Source: Carcharhinus amblyrhynchos
Lineage: Eukaryota
Reading direction: 5' to 3'
NCBI GenBank assembly: GCA_965287045.1
Contig: OZ336883.1
Span: 69,626,001 to 69,690,000 of the forward strand
Length of the DNA: 64,000 bases
Position 1 is the stretch's first letter; each line of letters starts with the position of its first letter. Of the stretch, positions 56,996-64,000 are shown one piece after another. Both the position numbers and the translations under genes were made by a program. The notes beneath the pieces are model-generated. The model ran no database searches. It was not told the DNA's origin and saw only the letters and a list, made by a program, of their open reading frames with translations.

Positions 56996-57483
56996 AAGAA
57001 CTTAGCAGAGATTAGAAAGCAATAATTTGTCAAGGGTTCAGATAACACAATGAATCTGAACAATAAAGTTGGTTGCAAGCTTGAAAATAACTGCAGCTTA
57101 TGAAGAACGTCTGCCTGATAAAACACTAACAATAACACTCACAGCAACAACACAATGTAACTGAGAGATCAGGAAACAAGACTCAAGAGACTTATTAATG
57201 ACAACCACGAGATATGTTGCCATGTTGGAACAATACATGCATAATACGTACAAACCTAACATCAGTGACTTGCTTTGTAGTTGCTCGCCTTTCATTGGCA
57301 ATGTTATCATCTCAGAAAACAATGACTTCCCTGACAAAACTACAATACTTCACAAGCACTGATGGGTACAAAGCAGAATATCACAAATCCTCTACTGTTA
57401 ATTTAATTGGGAGGTTCAGAAGATAGGATGGCTCCACAAAAGTTGCCAAAGATTCCTCAGACAGACTGTATGCACAATACTTA

Positions 57484-57684
<201 letters not shown>

Positions 57685-59171
57685 TTAAAAATCAGATCGA
57701 GGCATTAGAAACTTCCAAAATACTCTCAAAAAAATAATTTGAATAATTATGAGAACAGATAGGTTCACAAATGCAAAGGAACTGAAAATAAGCTGCTTCA
57801 TTATTCTCTAGTCCCATTTCCAATATGGGATACAGTTAACACCAGTCTGGCTTAGATAACCCACAAAATAACACATTAGTGTACTCCACCAAACAACTTT
57901 CACAGAAGCTACTTTAAATCAGTAGCCTTCAGATCTAAACAGTAACAACCTAACCTCCTCCATTCACAAAGCAGTCATTCTATCTCTTTCATATAAATAT
58001 AATATTTCAAGGTCTCAAAATTGAGTGCCAGATTTTACTAAAAAGGGCAAGTCATAGGAAAAAGCAATTTTGGCCGAACAAGCCCATTCATTACAGAGCT
58101 ATGCAACCAATCTCACTGCTTAGGAGCTGTGAAGTTTCACATTCATTAATTACCACCTCCCCTCATCCAAAAAGAGTACTTAACAGTGCATCCTAAACTA
58201 ACATTCTTCCTTCACATGACATTTCCATAGTCGCTTAATTAAAAATAGCCACCAGCTGGTTGACTATCAATAAATAACTGCTCAATTTCATTAGGTGTTA
58301 ACAGCCAAAGTTTGAAATAGAGTTACCAAAATACACATGCTACCCCTTCAGGAACACGAGGGATAAATGCACTTAGCTTCAGCTGCCATAAACTGAAATA
58401 GCAGTGAGGAATTTATACTTAATCAAAAGAGGCATTTTGTGAAACCACTGCACACTAATTGGATGGTTCGATATTTCTAGTCATCAGTATTTGCACTTTC
58501 TATTTTGCAACTAATGATAAGGCAACATCAACTCCAAACTCTCTCCCTCTCATGTGCTGAAAAAATTTCAACTACAGTTGCTTTGTACCATATAAAATTG
58601 CACTAATCTTAGGAAGACATGGGAATAGAAAGTAGGTACAACATGTTTTTGAAGGCCTTACTTATTTTACCCCCACTTCCTTTTCAGTAGAAGGGGCTAC
58701 TATTTACCTCAGTGGTATTTAATAGCTTTTTTTTCTTCTCCGCGCAATACAGCAAACAGTGGGATAATCAGACAACCAAAGTGCCAACTGTTTTGAATTC
58801 CCAAAAATCAGGACCAAATTAACCACAATTTACTGAACGAGTCGATTATATGTTAGGAATGTGGTTTGGTCATCATGGAACATTGCTCTTCATTGCTTTG
58901 TGAATCATATGTCATTGCTCTGTACATTTCAAAAATGCTCTGCACATCTCATAGTCTATCACTAAAGCTATGTTCAAGGATATCTGCTTTCGTCTCAAGT
59001 TATTTTGTGTGTTGCCTTGGGACATTTTATTAAGTTAAATATGCTTTATTAAGACAAATTATTGTTATAATCGAACCTTACTCAAATCTTTTCCACTAAC
59101 TCAAAGCATCTTCATGCCCTCCTTCCCATTCAGCTCCTTATCCATTACAATTACCTCTTCTATTCATTCTT

Positions 59172-59473
59172 AAAGTTTATTTATTACTGTCACAGGTAGG
59201 CTTACATTAACACTGCAATGACATTACTATGAAAATCCCCTAGTCATCACACTCCGGCGTCTGTTCGGGTACACTAAGGATGGATTTAGCATGGCCAATG
59301 TATCTAGCCAGCACATCTTCCGAACTGTGGGAGGAAACTGGAATACCTGGAGGAAACTCACACAGACACTGGGAGAATGTGCAGATTCTGCATAGTGACC
59401 CCAGCTGGGAATCAAACCCATGTCCCTGGCGCTGTGAGACAGCAGTGCTAACAAATATGCCACCGTGCCACCC
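59172..59473 (-). mobile_element. V-domain SINE, tail type 2
   Basis: Full-length match to family. Confidence 0.87.
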
Positions 59474-60044
59474 TATCGTTAAAATGATAAATATTCAATC
59501 TTCTCAGTAGCTATTTTGCTAACTACTGTATTCCATGTTCATCATTCATCCATTCTTTTTAGTACAAGGTTTGAATCACTGTAGCTAGACCTACCTTGTA
59601 CAGTTCAAAAAGGATCTTACAATTTTTTAATTTTTCAAAGATACAGTTGCTTCACATCTCTCATAAATATAACCAACTTTGACTAATAACTTTTGATCGC
59701 TTCAGCACTGGTCTTTATCATAGATCTTTGGAATTTTGTAGCACAGGGAATCCCATATGACCAGAAAATTCCCAATTAGCCTGCTCTGCCGTGGCTAGAA
59801 AGTGCCCTGACACACAATAATGCAGAATTTGCAGAGGATTCTGATCTTTGTCAATGTTGACTGTCATTACCCTTCTGTACCTGACCATCACCTCAGGATT
59901 TAACACAAGTACAGATTGTGGTAAAAAGTTTTGAAGTTGCGGCCTGTCATTCACTGTTCTGCCATGTGCTGCATTATGGACCAGATCAGCAAACCCATGT
60001 CACACAGCCCCACTCAACTCCCACTAAATGATTTGAGAGAATTT

Positions 60045-60372
60045 GAGGTGAATGGGCAAAACAGTGGCCTATGAATTTCAATCTAAGCAAGTGTGAGGTT
60101 ATTCATTTTGGGCAGAAAAGGGATAGATTGGAATACTTTCTAGATGGCATGAAGTTACTCTCTGGATGGCGTGCACAAAGAGACTTGGGGGAGGGGAGGG
60201 CCCAGGTGCTTAGGTCTTTAAAATGTCACAAGCAGTTGCAAAAAATAATCAAGATGGCTTGGACTGGAGTACAAGGATGCAGAAGTTATGCTGCAGCAAT
60301 ACAAAACACCAGTTCGACCCCACTTGGAGTACTGTGAGCAAATCTGGGCACCACAGCTCAGTAAGGATATGT
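60045..60372 (+). mobile_element. Old CR1 LINE, left part; continues at 62736-63220
   Basis: MNFNLSKCEVIHFG...RPHLEYCEQIWAPQLSKD remnant. Confidence 0.8.
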
Positions 60373-60475
60373 AAAGTTAAAAGTTAAAGTTTATTTATTA
60401 GTCATAAATAAGACTTATATCAACATTGCAATGAAGTTACTGTGAAATTCCCCTAGTCACCCTGTTTCGGCACCT
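60373..60475 (-). mobile_element. Tail of a type-2 V-domain SINE whose head is at 62578-62735
   Basis: Matches type-2 tails elsewhere and is cut by the young CR1. Confidence 0.8.
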
Positions 60476-62577
60476 ACATAAGAACATAAGGACATAAGAA
60501 CATAAGAAATAGGAGCAGGAGTAGGCCATCTAGCCCCTCGAGCCTGCCCCGCCATTCAATAAGATCATGGCTGATCTGTCGTGGCTCAGTTCCACTTTCC
60601 CGCCTTCTCCCCATAACCCTTAATCCCCTTGCCTATCAAAAACCTATCTACCCGCGTCTTAAATATATTTAGCGAGGCAGCCTCTACCACTTCAACTGGC
60701 AGAGAATTCCAGAGGTTCACCACCCTTTGAGTGAAGAAGTTCCTCCTCAACTCCGTTCTAAACTGCCCCCCCGCCCCCCCTTATCTTGAGGCTGTGCCCT
60801 CTAGTCCTACTGTCCTTTCTGAGCAGGAAGAGCCTCTCCACCTCTATCCTATCCATCCCATTCATCTTATATGTCTCAATGAGATCTCCCCTCATTCTTC
60901 TAAACTCTAATGAGTACAAGCCTAGTTTATTCAGCCTCTCCTCATAGTTCAACCCCCTCAACTCTGGTATCAGCCTAGTAAACCTCCTCTGCACTCCCTC
61001 CAAGGCCAAAATATCCTTGCGTAAGTGCAGTGACCAAAACTGCACACAGTACTCCAGCTGTGGCCTCACCAGTGCCCTGTACAGTTGCAGCAAGACCTCC
61101 CTACTTTTATATTCAATCCCCCTCGCTATGAAGGCCAGCATCCCATTTGCCTTCCTGACCACCTGCTGCACCTACAGGCTGGGTTTTTGCAACTCATGCA
61201 CAAGGACCCCGAGGTCCCTCTGCACCACTGCATGCTGCAGTAATAGTCCTTCCTACCATTATTCCTACCAAAGTGGACAACTTCACACTTGCCAACATTA
61301 AATTCCATTTGCCAGTTCCTGGCCCATTCGCCTAGCCTATCTAGATCCTTCTGCAGACTTTCCACACCCTCCGCACAATTTGCCGTTCCACCAATCTTGG
61401 TGTCATCAGCAAATTTCGACACCATACACTCGGTTCCCTCCTCCAGATCATCTATATAAATGGTAAATAGCTGAGGCCCCAGCACCGATCCTTGGGGCAC
61501 TCCACTAGTCACCAACCGCCAATCCGAATAGCACCCATTGACCCCCACTCTCTGCCTCCTATTTGACAGCCAATCCCCTATCCACGCTAACACCCTACCC
61601 CCAACTCCATGTCCCCTAACCTTCTGTAATAACCTCTTGTGCGGCACCTTATCAAACGCCTTCTGAAAATCAAGAAACACCACATCTACCGGCTCTCCTC
61701 TTTCCACCGCCCTAGACACATCCTCATAGAACTCCAATAAATTCGTCAGACACGACTCCCCCTTAACGAAACCGTGCTGCATCTGCTCTATCAAACAATT
61801 CTCCTCAAGGCGCCTCGCTATTTTCTCCTTGATCACGAGCATTTTACCTACAACAGACGTTAAACTAACCGACCTATAATTCCCTGCCTTTTGCCTGCTA
61901 CCCTTCTTAAACAACTGCGTAACATTAGCCGTTTTCCAATCTTCCGGCACTTCCCCGGAATCCAGCGAGGTTTGGAAAATAATCATCAAGGCATCCACTA
62001 TCACCTCCGCCATTTCTTTCAGAACCCTTGGATGCATTCCATACGGTCCTGGGGACTTGTCCACAATCAGTCCCTCCAGTCTGTCAAGCACTGCCTCTCT
62101 AGTAACAATAATGTCATTCAGGCCCTCCATTCCTACCATCTTTCCATTGCGAACACCCGGCAAACTATTCACGTCCTCCTCCGTGAAGACGGAAACAAAA
62201 AAGTTATTCAAGGCCTCAGCCATTTCCCCATCCCCTACCACTAAGTCCCCCCCTCATCCTCTAAGGGTCCAACGTTCACCCTAGTCAGCCTCTTCCTTTT
62301 TATATATTTATAAAAACTCTTACTATCCTTTTTTATATTTAGCGCTAGCCCAGCTTCATAGTTTATCCCACCCTTCTTTATCAACTTCTTCGTCATTCTT
62401 TGTTGATATTTAAACATCTCCCAATCCTCTTCTCGCCCACTACCCTTAGCTACTCTAAGCGCATCCGTTTTTAATTTAATACTCTCCTTTACCTCCTTCG
62501 TTATCCATGGCTGATTATCTCTCCTCCTACGATCCTTTTTAACCATCGGAATAAATTTCTGCTGAGCACCAAGAAAG
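60476..62577 (-). mobile_element. Young 5'-truncated CR1 LINE, about 2.1 kb of ORF2 (tether, RT, C-terminus), frameshifted
   Basis: ORFs 61126..62241 ([36 protein letters not shown]), 60758..61171 and part of 62241..62801; (TTCTTATG)n tail. Confidence 0.95.
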
Positions 62578-62735
62578 ACTAGCATGTCTTTCAGACTGTG
62601 GGAGGACATCAGAGCACCCGGAGGAAACCCATGCAGACACAGGGAGAACGTGCAAACTCCACACAGTGACCCAAGCCAGGAATTGAACCTGGGTTCCTGG
62701 CGCTGTGAGGCAGCAGTGCTAACCACTGTGCTACC
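62578..62735 (-). mobile_element. Head and V core of the split type-2 SINE
   Basis: ggtagcacagtggttagcactgctgcctcacagcgccaggaacccaggttcaattcc on the minus strand. Confidence 0.85.
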
Positions 62736-63220
62736 TTGGCCTTGGAGGGAGTGCTGCATAGATTTACAAGAATGATCCATGGACTTCAGGGGTTTAAACA
62801 TGAGGAGGGATTATACAAATTAGCCCTATTTTCTCTCGAATCTAGACAGTTAAGGGGTGATCTGATCAAAGTCTTCAAGATACTAACAGGCAAAGACAGG
62901 AGAGATTAAGATAAATTATTTCACTGATTGGAAATTCTAGAACTAGAGGGAATTGTGTAAAAAGTAGGGCCAGAACATTCAGGGCAGATGTTAGGAAGCA
63001 CTTCTGAACATACAGGGTGAGTGTGGTTTGGAACACTCACAAATGGCAGTTGCTATCTTTAAATCCGAGATAGACAATACTTTTGCTTGACAAAAAAATT
63101 AAGGGATAAAAACCAAAGACAGCTAAAAAGAGTTAGGTCACAGATTAGTCATGATCTGATCAGATAGTGGCAGAAAAGGCTCAATGAGCTGAATGGCCCT
63201 ACTCCTGTTCGTATGTTCCC
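62736..63220 (+). mobile_element. Old CR1 LINE, right part and 3' UTR
   Basis: Resumes LALEGVLHRFTRMI where 60372 left off; ends tactcctgttcgtatgttc. Confidence 0.8.
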
Positions 63221-64000
63221 CGAGGAAACTGACAGAGGCTTGACTCTCAGTATTCATAATCGAGTGATTAATTAGTGCCTGTCTTGAGAGTATGTGGCTG
63301 GAAACATGATCAGTGCCAGCAGGATCTCTATAAGAAGAAGAGACAAAGAGACATCAGCAGCAGTAACCCGGGATCAATCACAGTAGGAGAAGCAACAAGA
63401 TCGAATATGTGACTCAGAGACATCGGAACAAAGCCCATCAGGAGGGATGATAATCAGTTCATCTCACCATGTGTAATATCTCTAAGTCGTGAGTTTGGAT
63501 ATTTTGTGAAATTTTGATACCCTTTGAATAGTTGTGTGTATAATGGAGTAGATCAGAGGTTAGTTACTTTGTGTACAACAAGTTTGATGCCTGGTGTAAG
63601 TTTGTGGTAACTTGGTACAGTACTTTACAGGAGATTTATTGTACAATAATTCAAGAGCTTGAATGTCTTTGTCCACAGCATCAGTTGGCCCAAGTTCAGG
63701 GACATCAGTAGGTTTGTCCCAGGGTAAGTTTGACTTCATTAGTGAGTGGGTGGTAAGTACAAAGAGTTTGGGATTTGTGGCCAAAAGTTAAGATCTCTGA
63801 AAAAGAGATTATTTTGTTGGCCAAAAGTTACTAATTTCAATATTTGTATGTTGAGTAAAGAACGAATCTGAAGCCAGATTCAGTACCTTAAAACAAATTT
63901 ATTTCCAAGCTTGCAAAGTAAATACACGGACTCTCCCAATTTCCCCCCCCAACACCCAGTGTAAACGTTTTTTTATACTCTTGTAATGAAGCCCTAATAA

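Noticed and set aside
61126-62241. 371-aa reverse transcriptase ORF as a domesticated gene or retron-like system
   Set aside because: Standard CR1 ORF2 segment, 5'-truncated with no endonuclease domain, frameshifted on both sides and ending in a CR1 tail.
63225-63900. Possible long LTR or ERV-like segment
   Set aside because: No ORF, primer-binding site, terminal motif or second copy to support it.

Overview
Eukaryotic vertebrate DNA, almost certainly from a shark or other elasmobranch, judged from HE1/V-type SINEs and CR1/HER1-type LINEs. The whole window lies inside one gene on the minus strand, pecanex homolog 1 (PCNX1). I reconstructed 17 consecutive internal coding exons (57662 down to 977, about 1995 nt or 665 codons) by hand; all have GT-AG boundaries and matching phases. 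The start and end of the gene lie outside the window. The intron 3314-5220 has clear minor-spliceosome (U12) signals. The introns are full of retroposons: several CR1 families, Rex1/Babar-like, RTE-like and L2-like LINE fragments, V-domain SINEs with two different tails, a second SINE family, Deu-type SINE relics, Penelope-like termini carrying minimal hammerhead ribozyme motifs, and a probable decayed Harbinger element. The most notable observations are the hammerhead motifs, a CR1 whose 3' UTR contains a V-SINE core, a CR1 sitting about 14 nt from a PCNX1 donor and in frame with the exon, multi-layer nested insertions, and inverted repeats near exons. I found no prokaryote-type system such as CRISPR or an operon, and nothing I can claim as a wholly new system. 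Repeat family names come from recall and visual comparison, not from a search, and repeat boundaries are approximate.
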